Notes: generated by a model not told the origin, from the sequence alone. Positions 27,517 to 38,498 are shown, counted from the first letter of the stretch. The stretch: 64,000 bases of DNA from an uncultured Phycisphaerales bacterium (GCA_963718665.1 OY970359.1:2080001-2144000); one strand, 5' to 3'. Translations and numbers: made by a program.

Positions 27517-29823
27517 TCAGTCGTATTCTAATGACTTGTGAACTGCTATAGCGGCCTGGCCGACGGAAACGCAACCGTCGTTGGCCGGAAAATCACGATT
27601 GTATAATACTGAAAAGCCGCTTCTTTGCAATAACCGGACAAGACGCTGGGCTAAATACCTGTTGCAAAAAACGCCTCCGCTTACAGCGACTTTACTTAAT
27701 CCTTTATTTTTCCTTGCCGCCTTTGCCATTTCGAGCAAGCCGGCGGCGGCAGCATTATGAAACTTCGCGGATATAACCGCTGTTTCCTGCTTGTCTTCTA
27801 TGTCAGCCACAATCTGTCTTATCATTATACGCAAGTCAAGCGTCAACGGTTTGTCGGATTGTCCGGCGAGTTCAAAATCATACTGCTGGTCGCAGTCCGG
27901 CGCAGCAATCGCCTCAAGGGTTATTGGCAGTTGTGCTTCAAAGTGGTTGTAATTTCCCAGGCCGAGCATAGCCGCGACGGCGTCAAATAACCTGCCCAAA
28001 CTTGATGTCTGGATGGTGTTTATTTTTTTATTTATTTGCCCGAAGATGAGTTGCTGTTTGGATTCATCCGGCTCGATTTTATCAAGGAGCCAGCTGAATT
28101 TATTTGGTTCAAATTCATTTCCGTATGCCTGCGCCAAAAGTGCAATCGCAGGTCTTATCGGCTGCTTACTTGCGGCATCGCCGCCAGCTAACGGGTAATA
28201 GGCCAAGTGCCCGAATCGTTCAAAACCATTCAGGTCGGCGATGAGACATTCGCATCCCCAAATCGCGCCGTCTGTTCCGTAGCCGGTTCCATCGCAGGCG
28301 AGGCCAATCACCGGCTTATCTAAATTGTGTTCTGCCATAACAGCTGCGATATGCGCCCAGTGGTGCTGAACCTCGATGATTTTTACGTCAGGCAGTGAGT
28401 GGGCATATTGCGAAGACAGATAGGCAGGGTGTAAATCACAGGCGACTAACTTTGGATTTACTTCGAACAGGCCGCGCAGGTGTTCGATTGATTTTCTGTA
28501 GTGATGATATACCGCGGCGTCTTCAAGGTCGCCGATGTGCTCGCTGCATATAAGCTGGTTGGCTTTGACGAATGAGAATGTGTTTTTCAAATCAGCCCCG
28601 GCGGCGAAGACGTCGCATTGACTGGCTTGTTTTATGGTAACGGGTGCGGGCACGTAGCTTCTCGACCTGCGGAGTAATACGGGCTTGTCTTCGAGGAAAT
28701 GAACGATTGAATCATCGACCTGCCTGTAAATTTCCCTGTCGTGCATCAGGAACGCGTCGGCGACGTCCCCGAGGCGTTCAATCGCCTCATCATTTTTACA
28801 AATCAACGGCTCATCGCTTATATTGCCGCTTGTCATTACCAAAACTTTAATTCCCTCGGCAAAAAGCAAATGATGCAGGGGAGCATAACAAAGCATAAAT
28901 CCGAAGGTGTTTGTTCCTTCGGCCACGGATGATGCAATCTGTGAGCCGGCATTCTTTGGCAAAAGCACAATCGGGCTTTGAGGGCTTTTCAATGCGGCTT
29001 CGGCCTCATTGCTTACTGCCGCGTGCTGTTTTATCGTCTCAATCGAATCCGCCATCATTGCGAAGGGTTTATGCTCTCTTTTTTTGCGTTCGCGAAGTCG
29101 GATTACCGCTTCATTATTGAAGGCATCGACCGCCAGGTGAAATCCGCCTATGCCTTTTATGGCGAGGATTTTGCCTTCTTTCAATAACTGTGCAGTTTGG
29201 GTAATTATCTTATCGGTTCCGGTTTGAGTTGTGTTGCCCCTGTTATCGGCAAGCCAGATTTTGGGACCGCATTGCGGGCAGGCGACGGGCTGGGCGTGAA
29301 ACCGGCGGTTTGCCGCATTGTGATACTGGCCGGCGCATTTTTCGCACATCGCAAACGCCGACATCGTTGTATTGGGTCTGTCGTAGGGAATGGTTCTGAT
29401 TATCGAGTATCTTGGCCCGCAGTTGGTGCAGTTGATGAAAGGATAGCGGTAGCGGAAATCATTTTTGTCAAAAAGTTCCCGTAGGCAGTCAGCGCAGGTG
29501 GCGATATCCGCTGTTACTCGTGAGATTGGGGTCCCGCCGGCGTCGCTTTGTTTTATCGTAAATTCTTTTCCGCTTTCGACGATTGGAATTTCAGCGGCAA
29601 AGCAGGACGTAATATCCGCCAAAGGCGGGGCGTCTGGTCCGTTGAGCCGTTTGATAAATTCGGCGATTTTGGTTTCTTCGCCCTGTAATTCGATGGTAAC
29701 ACCCTTTGTGTCGTTATAGACAAAGCCGGCAAGGTTCAGTTGCGTGGCGAGCCGATATACGGCAGGGCGAAAGCCCACCCCCTGAACCTGCCCCATTATC
29801 AAAATCTTTTTTCGTATGACCAA
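27517..29823 (-). CDS. hypF: Carbamoyltransferase HypF
   Basis: GQVQGVGFRP, CTNCGPR, RRFHAQP, KGIGGFHL, QHHWAH and DGTGYG motifs. Confidence 0.97.
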   Translation of the reverse strand: MVIRKKILIMGQVQGVGFRPAVYRLATQLNLAGFVYNDTKGVTIELQGEETKIAEFIKRLNGPDAPPLADITSCFAAEIPIVESGKEFTIKQSDAGGTPISRVTADIATCADCLRELFDKNDFRYRYPFINCTNCGPRYSIIRTIPYDRPNTTMSAFAMCEKCAGQYHNAANRRFHAQPVACPQCGPKIWLADNRGNTTQTGTDKIITQTAQLLKEGKILAIKGIGGFHLAVDAFNNEAVIRLRERKKREHKPFAMMADSIETIKQHAAVSNEAEAALKSPQSPIVLLPKNAGSQIASSVAEGTNTFGFMLCYAPLHHLLFAEGIKVLVMTSGNISDEPLICKNDEAIERLGDVADAFLMHDREIYRQVDDSIVHFLEDKPVLLRRSRSYVPAPVTIKQASQCDVFAAGADLKNTFSFVKANQLICSEHIGDLEDAAVYHHYRKSIEHLRGLFEVNPKLVACDLHPAYLSSQYAHSLPDVKIIEVQHHWAHIAAVMAEHNLDKPVIGLACDGTGYGTDGAIWGCECLIADLNGFERFGHLAYYPLAGGDAASKQPIRPAIALLAQAYGNEFEPNKFSWLLDKIEPDESKQQLIFGQINKKINTIQTSSLGRLFDAVAAMLGLGNYNHFEAQLPITLEAIAAPDCDQQYDFELAGQSDKPLTLDLRIMIRQIVADIEDKQETAVISAKFHNAAAAGLLEMAKAARKNKGLSKVAVSGGVFCNRYLAQRLVRLLQRSGFSVLYNRDFPANDGCVSVGQAAIAVHKSLEYD

Positions 29824-29989
29824 AGTTTTCTATCTCAATACCAGTGTAAATCAATACGCCCAATTCTGGCAATCGGTTTTACCGGATTATAGCCGATGGT
29901 ATTAAGATAGCAATTACGGCATAGGGTCGCTTTAGCTGCGATTTTTCATTTGTCAGAAGCGTATATGTCTGGTATTATTACTGGCAGCA

Positions 29990-30062
<73 letters not shown>

Positions 30063-30516
30063 TTGTCATAACCTATTTAAGTACTTGCCCTTCGTTACTC
30101 ATTTACTTAAACCCCACTTTGATGTGAAATTGCTCTTGGCGTCATTTTGGCGCCAGTCTTTTTTGACTCATCGACGCTTTCGAGCAGCTTGTTTTGTTGA
30201 ATTGGTCGGCGTTCCTTTGGTTCCGCGATATAATTCCTATGTCGGGAGCGTCTTCGTGGGCTTTTGAAGTTATGCAGGAAGGCGGCATAATGGTTGAGAT
30301 GAATATTTTTACAGTACGGGAGTGCCCCAATGAGATAAATTGACGTAAGTGCTTGACGTGAAGGGTATTAGATGGATAAATAAGAAGTCGCGGTAACTTC
30401 TTATACAGAAGGAAGCAGTCTGTGTCTGCCGTATTATAAAAACTGTATAATCATTGTTGGATGGCATGTTCCCGTATGCGTCCTTCTAACATGCGAAAAA
30501 TTTTAGGGAGTCATCA

Positions 30517-31248
30517 ATGGATTTAAATCACAGGATAAAGGAAATTGCTGAGATATGGGGAGCAGACTTTTGTGGTGTAGCTGACTTGTCACTGGCCCAT
30601 GATGCGATCCTGGCACAATGCGGACCGGAGATAGCAGCATATCCCCGGGCAATTTCTGTTGGGATTGTGTTGCTGCATACCATTGTTGATCAACTGCCAC
30701 ACCGTGCCAATCGGGCAGTGGCAGTAAGCTATCGGCACCACGGTTATGAAGTGATCAATCAGCGCCTTGATTTTCTTGCTTCTCGTGTAAGTGGTTTAAT
30801 TCAACGAGAAGGATATCAAGCTTTACCTCTCTCGGCGGCGAAGCGGGTAGATGACGAACGGCTCTGTGCGGCGTTTTCACACAAGCTTGCGGCACATTTA
30901 GCCGGATTAGGCTGGATTGGCAAAAGCTGCTTATTGGTGACCCCCGAAGAGGGGCCGCGAGTGCGTTGGGTCACAGTTCTCACCGATGCTCCGTTACCCG
31001 CGACAGGCAAGCCGATGGAAGAACAGTGCGGCAGTTGTAATGAGTGTGTGGAGATATGCCCCGTCCATGCCTTTACGGGGGAAGCTTTTCGCGCATCTGA
31101 GCCGCGTGAGAAACGGTATGATGCCAATAAGTGTGATAGATACTTTGTAGCGATGAGGAAAAAAGACCCTGAGTTGGCAGTATGTGGCTTGTGCTTGTAT
31201 GTCTGCCCATATGGAAAACAGCGAAATCCTGAGCGGGCGGGTCTGTAA
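30517..31248 (+). CDS. QueG/reductive dehalogenase-like double 4Fe-4S protein
   Basis: [41 protein letters not shown] and CGLCLYVCP motifs. Confidence 0.8.
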   Translation: MDLNHRIKEIAEIWGADFCGVADLSLAHDAILAQCGPEIAAYPRAISVGIVLLHTIVDQLPHRANRAVAVSYRHHGYEVINQRLDFLASRVSGLIQREGYQALPLSAAKRVDDERLCAAFSHKLAAHLAGLGWIGKSCLLVTPEEGPRVRWVTVLTDAPLPATGKPMEEQCGSCNECVEICPVHAFTGEAFRASEPREKRYDANKCDRYFVAMRKKDPELAVCGLCLYVCPYGKQRNPERAGL

Positions 31249-31385
31249 ATCAATGTGCCACCTAACAACCGCATCCCGTATTATAAAAAAACTCATCCGA
31301 TGCTAAGTATTTGGGAAACCTGGTATTTTAAGCAGTTTATTTTGTTGAAACTGGTTGACATAGCATATCTCGTTTTTCTTTGCTA

Positions 31386-31821
31386 CTATATCTGGTAGTC
31401 CGTCTGCTGACCCTTTTTCGCTTTATCGAGAGCGTCCTGCAATGTCGTTGACCGCAGGATATTGGTAACAGCCCAATGAACCTGGTTCCAAATAGGTCTT
31501 GCTATACAATCAGCGGCCCGTGCGCAGGAGCTTTCGTTCATCACGCACTCAACGGTTATGACCGGCCCTTCAAGAACATTGAATATCTCACTGAGCTTAA
31601 TCATTTCCGGCGGTTGAGCCAAAATATAGCCACCCCTAGCACCACGCTGACTTCCTATAAGGCCCGCCGATTTTAGTATCACCATTAATTGCTCAAGATA
31701 TTTAACCGAAATATATCCTGGTCTTAGCAATCACCTTGGTCTGGAGAGGCCCTTTGCCAAAATGGTCCGCCAGTTCCAATATTGCAAGCATCGCATATCT
31801 TGTTCGAGTCGATAGTTTCAT
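31386..31821 (-). pseudogene. Rrf2-family regulator (CymR/IscR-like), frameshifted
   Basis: MKLSTRTRYAMLAILELA...IAK in one frame and ISVKYLEQL...SQRGARGGYILA...C..C..C in another; shift near 31710-31727. Confidence 0.85.
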
Positions 31822-31836
31822 GGTTAATTCTCCACT

Positions 31837-31978
31837 ATTCCTACTGCACTGGTAGTATATTATACGAACAAACTGCAAACTGACATTAAAAAATAACAAA
31901 ATTTTTTTAAAAAAGTGTTTGACGCAGGTTTTTTGATATGGTATCATTCCCATTATATCCGTAGGATTAGTAGGATAT
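31837..31978. promoter_or_regulatory. Two putative Rrf2 operator quasi-palindromes in the divergent promoter
   Basis: ATTCCTACTGCACTGGTAGTATA (31837-31859) and ATATCCGTAGGATTAGTAGGATAT (31955-31978). Confidence 0.5.
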
Positions 31979-32011
31979 GGTTATACGAAACATAACACAG
32001 AAAGGTAATAT

Positions 32012-32206
32012 ATGGCTATAAAACAAGATAATAATGAAAACGCAGCAAACGACGCCATCATTAAAGATATTCGAAACGCGGTTGTAGGCCTTGATTATGG
32101 AACCGTAACAATAAAGGTGCACAACGCAAAGATAACACAAATCGAGATAACCCAGAAAAGACGCTACGATGACAGCGGCTTAGTTGAGAGAGGGGGTGGC
32201 ATTTAA
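32012..32206 (+). CDS. YezD/DUF2292-family small protein
   Basis: LDYGTVTIKVHNAKITQIEITQKRR pattern; family typically leads sulfur operons. Confidence 0.8.
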   Translation: MAIKQDNNENAANDAIIKDIRNAVVGLDYGTVTIKVHNAKITQIEITQKRRYDDSGLVERGGGI

Positions 32207-32341
32207 CGTAAGCAGTGTTTTAGGCCAAGCGGTCAGGCCGCGTTGGCTGAAGTGATATATGTTTGAATAAAAAATATTAATTACCCGCAGGAACAACCAG
32301 TCATCTGGAAACCACCTGCCAGACAGTAAGGAGATTTTCAG

Positions 32342-33154
32342 ATGAAGAAGTTACTTGTTGTAAGTTTGGTTGTTTTTGTAAGTATTTTTGCGAATATGGC
32401 TTTAGCAGGTGTTCCACTAAACAATGTTGAAGGAGTCGGCGGTATCGCATTTAACCCCCTTGCGTACACGGCAGGCACAAACGGTGACGCAAATTCATTC
32501 TTCGGCGAAAACATCAGCAAGCCGCAGATTGGTTTGTGGAACATTCATCTTCACGAAAAAGGTATCGACTGGACAACGTTCGGCGTCGCGGAAACATTTT
32601 TCAAACGTGTCGAGCTTTCATACGGCCACGAGACGGTTGACTTTACAAATTCCAAGACAATAAATAAAGACAATTTCGGAGCGAAAGTGCTGCTGCTTTC
32701 CGAAGGCGATATTCTGCCGGCGATTTCAATCGGAGGGGTCTTTAAAAACACCACACAGGAACTACTCAACTCATCAAATTCAGGAGCTGACTACTATTTG
32801 GTTGGAACAAAGCTCATTAAGGCGCTGCCATGGCCGGTGCTGTTATCCGGCGGCGTGCTTTCCACCAATAGCCAGACACTTGGCGTTCTCGGATTCAACG
32901 ACAGCAGAAAAGAAGTGTTGTTCGGAAACGTCGATGTCATTCCGCTGTCAAACGCCGCGGTCGGCTTCGAATACAGACAGGGAGCACATTACGACGATTG
33001 GAAAGATGCCAACTACTGGGATGCACACGTTGCCTGGTTTGTGAACTCGAACCTGATGCTGGTTGCGGCGTACGTCAACACCGGTGACCAAGGATCAACG
33101 AAAGCATTTGGTCTCGGCGACGGACTCGTATTAAGCGCTCAGTACCAATTCTAA
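32342..33154 (+). CDS. Outer-membrane beta-barrel protein (DUF3034-like)
   Basis: Signal peptide, EGVGGIAFNP motif, alternating strands, C-terminal aromatic YQF. Confidence 0.65.
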   Translation: MKKLLVVSLVVFVSIFANMALAGVPLNNVEGVGGIAFNPLAYTAGTNGDANSFFGENISKPQIGLWNIHLHEKGIDWTTFGVAETFFKRVELSYGHETVDFTNSKTINKDNFGAKVLLLSEGDILPAISIGGVFKNTTQELLNSSNSGADYYLVGTKLIKALPWPVLLSGGVLSTNSQTLGVLGFNDSRKEVLFGNVDVIPLSNAAVGFEYRQGAHYDDWKDANYWDAHVAWFVNSNLMLVAAYVNTGDQGSTKAFGLGDGLVLSAQYQF

Positions 33155-33193
33155 ATTTAAAAAACTCATATTGTAACGAAAGGAGTGTATTAA

Positions 33194-34486
33194 ATGAGCA
33201 AAATTGACCAGAAACTGAAATCGGAATCGATACTGCTACACGGCGGGCAGGAGCCCGACCCGACAACGGGCTCCAGAGCTGTGCCGATTTACCAGACAAC
33301 ATCGTACCAGTTCAAAAATACCGAGCACGCCGCCAACCTATTCGGCCTCAGAGAGTTCGGCAACATTTACACGCGAATTATGAACCCCACCAATGACGTG
33401 CTCGAAAAGCGAATCGCTCTTCTGGACGGCGGCGTCGGCGCACTGGCAGTCTCAAGTGGGCAGGCGGCAAGCACGCTGGCGGTTCTGAATATCGCGCAGG
33501 CAGGCGATGAAATTGTGTCCGCGGATAATCTTTACGGCGGGACATACAACCTGTTTCATTACACGCTGCCGAAGTTCGGGGTAAACGTCAAATTCGTAAA
33601 ATCGAATGATTTGGCCGCGTTTCAAAAGGCCATAACGCCACGGACGAAGGCGATTTACGCAGAATCGATAGGCAACCCGAAATTAGACGTTGCGGATTTA
33701 GAGGGCATTTCCAAGGTTGCCCACAAAAACGGTGTTCCTTTTATACTGGACAACACCGTTTCACCCTACCTGCTCCGACCATTCGACTTCGGAGTGGACA
33801 TCATTGTGTATTCGGCGACGAAGTTTATCGGCGGGCACGGGACATCCATTGGCGGGTTAATTGTCGATTCCGGAAAGTTCGACTGGACAAACGGCAAGTT
33901 CCCGCTGATTGCAGACGCGGACCCGAGTTATCACGGCCTGAATTTCGTCGAGGCGCTGAAGCCATTGGGCAATATCGCCTATATTATCAAGGCCCGTGTA
34001 ACTCTCTTGCGCGATGTCGGGGCTGCCCTATCGCCATTCAACGCGTTTCTGTTCCTTCAGGGACTGGAAACACTGCACCTGAGAATGCCGAGACACTCGG
34101 AAAATGCGCTGGCAGTGGCTAAATATCTGAGCAAACACCCCAAGGTCTCGTGGGTGAATTACCCGGGTCTTGATTCAAGCCCAGACAAAGAAAGAGTGAA
34201 AAAATATCTGCCCAAGGGTGCTGGAGCAATTCTGGGCTTCGGGATTAAAGGCGGCTCGGAGGCAGGAAGAAAGTTTATCGATTCGCTGGAACTGATTTCG
34301 CACCTTGCAAATATCGGCGATGCTAAGACCTTAGCCATTCATCCGGCTACGACCACGCATCAGCAGTTGTCGCCTGAGGAGCAGTTAGCGACCGGCGTAA
34401 CGCCTGATTTCGTGCGGCTGTCAATAGGCATCGAGAACGTCGATGACATAATCGCGGATATCGAACAGGCATTGAAAAAGGTATGA
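33194..34486 (+). CDS. metY: O-acetylhomoserine aminocarboxypropyltransferase (sulfhydrylase)
   Basis: [33 protein letters not shown] and [10 protein letters not shown] motifs. Confidence 0.92.
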   Translation: MSKIDQKLKSESILLHGGQEPDPTTGSRAVPIYQTTSYQFKNTEHAANLFGLREFGNIYTRIMNPTNDVLEKRIALLDGGVGALAVSSGQAASTLAVLNIAQAGDEIVSADNLYGGTYNLFHYTLPKFGVNVKFVKSNDLAAFQKAITPRTKAIYAESIGNPKLDVADLEGISKVAHKNGVPFILDNTVSPYLLRPFDFGVDIIVYSATKFIGGHGTSIGGLIVDSGKFDWTNGKFPLIADADPSYHGLNFVEALKPLGNIAYIIKARVTLLRDVGAALSPFNAFLFLQGLETLHLRMPRHSENALAVAKYLSKHPKVSWVNYPGLDSSPDKERVKKYLPKGAGAILGFGIKGGSEAGRKFIDSLELISHLANIGDAKTLAIHPATTTHQQLSPEEQLATGVTPDFVRLSIGIENVDDIIADIEQALKKV

Positions 34487-34507
34487 ACATAAGTAAGGAG
34501 AAATAAA

Positions 34508-35443
34508 ATGAGCAGGATATTTAAAGATATAACCAGGACCATCGGCAACACGCCGTTGGTGCAACTGAACAGAATTACGGAAGGCCTGAACGCCACGGTA
34601 TTGGCCAAGCTGGAATCGTTCAATCCTCTTTCGAGCGTCAAGGATCGCATCGGGATAGCGATGATTGAAGATGCCGAGAGAAGAGGTCTGCTTGGCAAGG
34701 ACTCAGTGATTATCGAGCCGACGAGCGGCAACACCGGAATCGCGCTGGCGTTTGTCGCGGCGGCGAAGGGTTACCGGCTGATACTGACTATGCCCGAAAC
34801 GATGAGCGTCGAAAGGAGGCAGTTGTTCAAAATCTTCGGCGCGGAATTGGTGCTTACCGAAGGCCCGAAGGGAATGAAAGGCGCAGTCGAAAAATCGGAA
34901 GAGCTTGCCAAAACTACACCAAACAGCATTATCCTGCAGCAGTTCAACAATCCTGCTAACCCGGAAATACATCGCAGAACAACTGCTGAAGAGATATGGA
35001 ACGATACCGACGGCAAGGTGGATATATTGGTGGCTGGCATCGGCACAGGCGGCACTATTACCGGAGTCGCCGAGGTAATCAAGCAACGCAAAAAGACATT
35101 CAAGGCGATTGCTGTCGAACCCGAATCCTCGCCGGTGCTGTCCGGAGGAAAGCCGGGGCCACATAAAATCCAGGGGATAGGCGCGGGCTTTGTGCCGCAG
35201 GTTTTGAACAGGGAAATAATCGACGAGATTATAAAAGTTAAAGACGCGGACGCGGGCTCTACTGCCAGACTATTGGCGAAGCTGGAAGGTATTCTCGGCG
35301 GTATCTCGAGCGGAGCTGCTTTATGGGCTGCGCTGGAAGTGGCAAGGTGGCCTGAAAACGCTGGCAAGACAATCGTTGTTGTCCTGCCCGATACTGGTGA
35401 ACGATACCTTTCCACATGGTTGTTCCAGGAAGTACAAACATGA
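34508..35443 (+). CDS. cysK: Cysteine synthase A
   Basis: [27 protein letters not shown] and PDTGERYLS motifs. Confidence 0.96.
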   Translation: MSRIFKDITRTIGNTPLVQLNRITEGLNATVLAKLESFNPLSSVKDRIGIAMIEDAERRGLLGKDSVIIEPTSGNTGIALAFVAAAKGYRLILTMPETMSVERRQLFKIFGAELVLTEGPKGMKGAVEKSEELAKTTPNSIILQQFNNPANPEIHRRTTAEEIWNDTDGKVDILVAGIGTGGTITGVAEVIKQRKKTFKAIAVEPESSPVLSGGKPGPHKIQGIGAGFVPQVLNREIIDEIIKVKDADAGSTARLLAKLEGILGGISSGAALWAALEVARWPENAGKTIVVVLPDTGERYLSTWLFQEVQT

Positions 35444-35519
35444 TAACAGAGAAAGTGAGAGAGCAATTAAGCAGTGTTGGCGTTGTCGCAGGTAACATAG
35501 GAAAGGAGATAAGATACCT

Positions 35520-35699
35520 ATGCCGTTTATTAACCTGAAGCTGGTCGGCAAACTGACCAAAAAGCAAAAGGAAATAATCGCTCGCGAGTTTTCTCAAACG
35601 TTGTTTGAGGTCGCGGGTAAAAAGAAAGAAAGCACGTATCTGGTCATTGACGAAGTCAAAGGGATCGATTGGGCACAGGGGGATAAATTCTTCGGCTAA
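35520..35699 (+). CDS. 4-oxalocrotonate tautomerase family protein (59 aa)
   Basis: Manual translation MPFINLKLVGKLTKKQKEIIAREFSQTLFEVAGKKKESTYLVIDEVKGIDWAQG...; catalytic Pro1; AAGGAG SD. Confidence 0.85.
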   Translation: MPFINLKLVGKLTKKQKEIIAREFSQTLFEVAGKKKESTYLVIDEVKGIDWAQGDKFFG

Positions 35700-35717
35700 A
35701 CTGGTAATAGAGAGATT

Positions 35718-35784
35718 ATATACTGCTCCCCCTTAAAAAATACCACCATATTTTGGCCTATTCCTTAACGGGGGAGCAGTATAT
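35718..35784. repeat. Inverted repeat element (MITE-like or long terminator)
   Basis: ATATACTGCTCCCCC ... GGGGGAGCAGTATAT, 15-bp perfect arms. Confidence 0.65.
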
Positions 35785-35957
35785 TAGCTTTGTCTTCCAA
35801 TTGTATCTGGCCGGCGTCATTCTGGTGTCAGTGATGTCTGTGTTACGAGTGTATTTACAGTGCGTAACCAGTTTATTGCCACTATGGAGCCATTATTGAC
35901 GCCCAAATATCACACATAAATATATGAAGGACAAGCACTTGCGAGCGGAAATCATAT

Positions 35958-36002
35958 ATGGCATGCAAGAGGTCGCGGGTCCGAATCCTACTGGCTCCAT
36001 TG
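35958..36002 (+). repeat. att-like direct repeat: tRNA-Ala 3' half, copy 2
   Basis: ATGGCATGCAAGAGGTCGCGGGTCCGAATCCTACTGGCTCCATTG. Confidence 0.9.
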
Positions 36003-36391
36003 CTATAAGTTACTGTCCCACTCAAAAATTCATCCGGCCATAAAAGTTGACGTTTTTTGGATGTGGATGGGGGGAAATTGCTTATTGGCAAGTTGATATT
36101 AACTGATTTTGGAAGGGGCTTTCTCTGGCCGGAACGCGTTTTTTTGCTTAATCTCCATTCTCGTACTATAAAAAATTCGTCCAACGCACGAAACGGCGCG
36201 CATCCGACAGCAGGATTACGGGTAAGTTAGCTACAAAACTATCAGGCGGCATTGCAGATTCCGATACGCTGAATCTCCCCATCTATGCGAAAAAACATAG
36301 TCATTTCACCTGTATTGTCTACGTTTTTGAGTTGACTTGATGCTTAAATATGGGCCTGATGGGTGGGGGATTAGTAATGAAAGGTTCAATT

Positions 36392-36730
36392 ATGACCGCC
36401 ATCTGGAAGGTAACGGAAGCAGACATCCTAAGCAGGGGTGAAGTGGAGGAGATTTGGTCGCAGTTATGTTTAAGGTCAGTTCGCTCGCGGAATGGCCGCC
36501 AGAGCCGGGTCATCTTCTGCCTGTCTGCCTTTTGCGGTCTGCGCGTATCGGAGATATGCGGCCTTCGCCTCTGTGATGCCAAGTTGACCATTCTCCGTCC
36601 GGTGCTGGAGATAAGACCACAGATTGCAAAACAACATCGACGCCGTAGTGTGCCACTATGGAGATTACCTACGGCCCTGGCCTGTCTTTTGGATTGGAAG
36701 GCCCAGCGTCGGGAAGGGCAGCGGAGATAA
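36392..36730 (+). pseudogene. Truncated tyrosine recombinase/integrase
   Basis: FCGLRVSEICGL (box I Arg) and AKQHRRRSVPL present; ends before the HxxR and catalytic Tyr motifs. Confidence 0.8.
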
Positions 36731-36828
36731 CTCCCTGCTTAACTCTACTTTCTCGCGCAGCGCAGGGTTTCCCTGCCAAATCACTTGACCAAATACGTTT
36801 TTCTAGTATTATCTATCTCGTTCAAAAC

Positions 36829-36936
36829 TATCGCATCTATGGCCCGCATCAGCCGAGCAGCTTTTTCCCTCTGAGCATTATCAAACAAACCACGCTGCAT
36901 TCGGTCTTAGGGCACAAGGCCAATCAGGATTAAGCC
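36829..36936 (-). pseudogene. Remnant of the UmuC/Y-family polymerase C-terminus
   Basis: Manual translation GLILIGLVP*DRMQRGLFDNAQREKAARLMRAIDAI with internal stop; QxxLF clamp-binding motif. Confidence 0.6.
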
Positions 36937-37062
36937 ATTGGATTGTTGTAACCTGAGTAAGATTTTGATATTATTGCAGAATTGAAAAGCTTGGTTGCGT
37001 AGCCGAGCGTTTAGTATGGGAAATGTCAGATTGTTTATAGTTTTGCTAATTGAGAAGATAAA

Positions 37063-37914
37063 ATGGATAGTATACAGCAAATAATTTCCAAATTTCTTAA
37101 TCTCGGTATTGTTAGTATAGCTCTTTCTGTCCTACTTTATGATAAATTTGATTTTCCTCATCGTGATATCGTGGTCAGCATTGTTATTATAGTTATCGTT
37201 CTGTTTTTAGTATTTATGATATTATATTATGCGATTCGATGTGCTTTATATGAAATTAAGGTTCGTACCCAGAGCATAATTGGAGAAAGGATGGAATATA
37301 CATGCCAATTTATTAATAACAAGGGGACGCTTGGTGATACTGTTCGATATAGACTACGTAATATTTCTACTATACCTCTGATGAAAGTATTTGTAGATTC
37401 GGAAGGTTTTGCTAAGAATATTAATTTCGTGCCAAATTATTATTTTGAGGAGAGAAGCAAATTGCCCGACGGCAAAATTAAAGTTATTGGAAACAATGTA
37501 TCATTATCCGAATACCCAGAATATTCTTCGGGGATTAAAATTTATCAAGGTTTGTGGGGGGTAACCATTGAACCTCCACTTCAACCTTCTGAATCAGTAA
37601 TATTTGCAAGAAGTAGTATCGATGATGTTGTTGAAGATAGGGCTTTTGCACCGGAGGGGACCGATTTTATTTTTGCCTCCACAATACCATTTCGTTCTCT
37701 TTATATTGTTATTCATGCTCCTCCTGGGTATAAGATATCAAAGGCAAAACGAACTGTGGTTTCACAATCTGGAAAGGAAATTGTATTTGGTAATAATAGG
37801 GGCAGCTTCGCCGAGATAAATCGGAATACCATGATCTGGAAAATATCATATTCAAATCCATCCTTAAGATATAAAATACATTTTTCGTTAGAAGAAGTTT
37901 CAAATGCCGGATGA
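37063..37914 (+). CDS. Hypothetical protein: two N-terminal TM helices plus beta-rich soluble region
   Basis: Intact 283-aa AT-rich ORF; no family recognised. Confidence 0.8.
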   Translation: MDSIQQIISKFLNLGIVSIALSVLLYDKFDFPHRDIVVSIVIIVIVLFLVFMILYYAIRCALYEIKVRTQSIIGERMEYTCQFINNKGTLGDTVRYRLRNISTIPLMKVFVDSEGFAKNINFVPNYYFEERSKLPDGKIKVIGNNVSLSEYPEYSSGIKIYQGLWGVTIEPPLQPSESVIFARSSIDDVVEDRAFAPEGTDFIFASTIPFRSLYIVIHAPPGYKISKAKRTVVSQSGKEIVFGNNRGSFAEINRNTMIWKISYSNPSLRYKIHFSLEEVSNAG

Positions 37915-38498
37915 ACATGAGAAAATATAGAATATTTAGGTTTCTATGCACAAAATGTGGTAGGTGTTGCAGAACTCGCCGAATTGGAGAAACCGTAGTT
38001 TTATATGAAAGGGACATTGTTATTCTTGCCGATGCACTTGGAATAAAAGAGGATGCTTTCATATCCATCTATGCTAAATGCTATGAATACAATTATATTA
38101 CTCAATCTTCTTGTCTATGCATACGCAGAATTGTTCTTCCATGCAAAAAAGGTTGTCCGTTTTTGGAAAAAAATATTTGTTCAGTCCATAGTTTTAAACC
38201 TTTTCAATGTGCGGCGTGGCCTTATCTTGAACCGACGTTAAGTTTTGCACATTATAATATGAAATCTTTAGCTTGGTGTCCCGGTTTTGGGCGAGGTTAT
38301 GTTTTGCCTATGGACAAGATTCACAAGTTAATAAATGAACAGAAACAATATGAATCTGATTATTATTCACAAGTTAAAGATCCTACAAGTAAAGTTTGTA
38401 AATGGTTAAATATAATGAAAACGGAAAAGGCATTTGTTATTAAATGCGATAATGATGGTTATTTTAGAAAGGCTACTTTATTGAGAGGAGATGTTTAA
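37911..38498 (+). CDS. YkgJ-family cysteine cluster protein (CxxCxxCC)
   Basis: CTKCGRCC, CPFL, CSVH, KPFQCAAWP and CPGFG motifs; ATGA overlap with the upstream gene. Confidence 0.85.
   Translation: MNMRKYRIFRFLCTKCGRCCRTRRIGETVVLYERDIVILADALGIKEDAFISIYAKCYEYNYITQSSCLCIRRIVLPCKKGCPFLEKNICSVHSFKPFQCAAWPYLEPTLSFAHYNMKSLAWCPGFGRGYVLPMDKIHKLINEQKQYESDYYSQVKDPTSKVCKWLNIMKTEKAFVIKCDNDGYFRKATLLRGDV

Noticed and set aside
24048..29823. hyp cluster without hydrogenase structural genes as an anomaly
   Set aside because: Separate location of maturation and structural genes is common, and the structural genes may lie outside this window.
30142..30330. 62-aa ORF at the left end of island 1
   Set aside because: No SD, motif or family resemblance; probably non-coding island debris.
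35440..35538. Short [24 protein letters not shown]... overlapping the cysK stop
   Set aside because: It may be a remnant of a deleted gene, but it has no recognisable motif and overlaps the tautomerase start.
36180..36260. Possible riboswitch-like sequence upstream of the integrase fragment
   Set aside because: I could not match it to a known aptamer consensus or find a convincing stem set.
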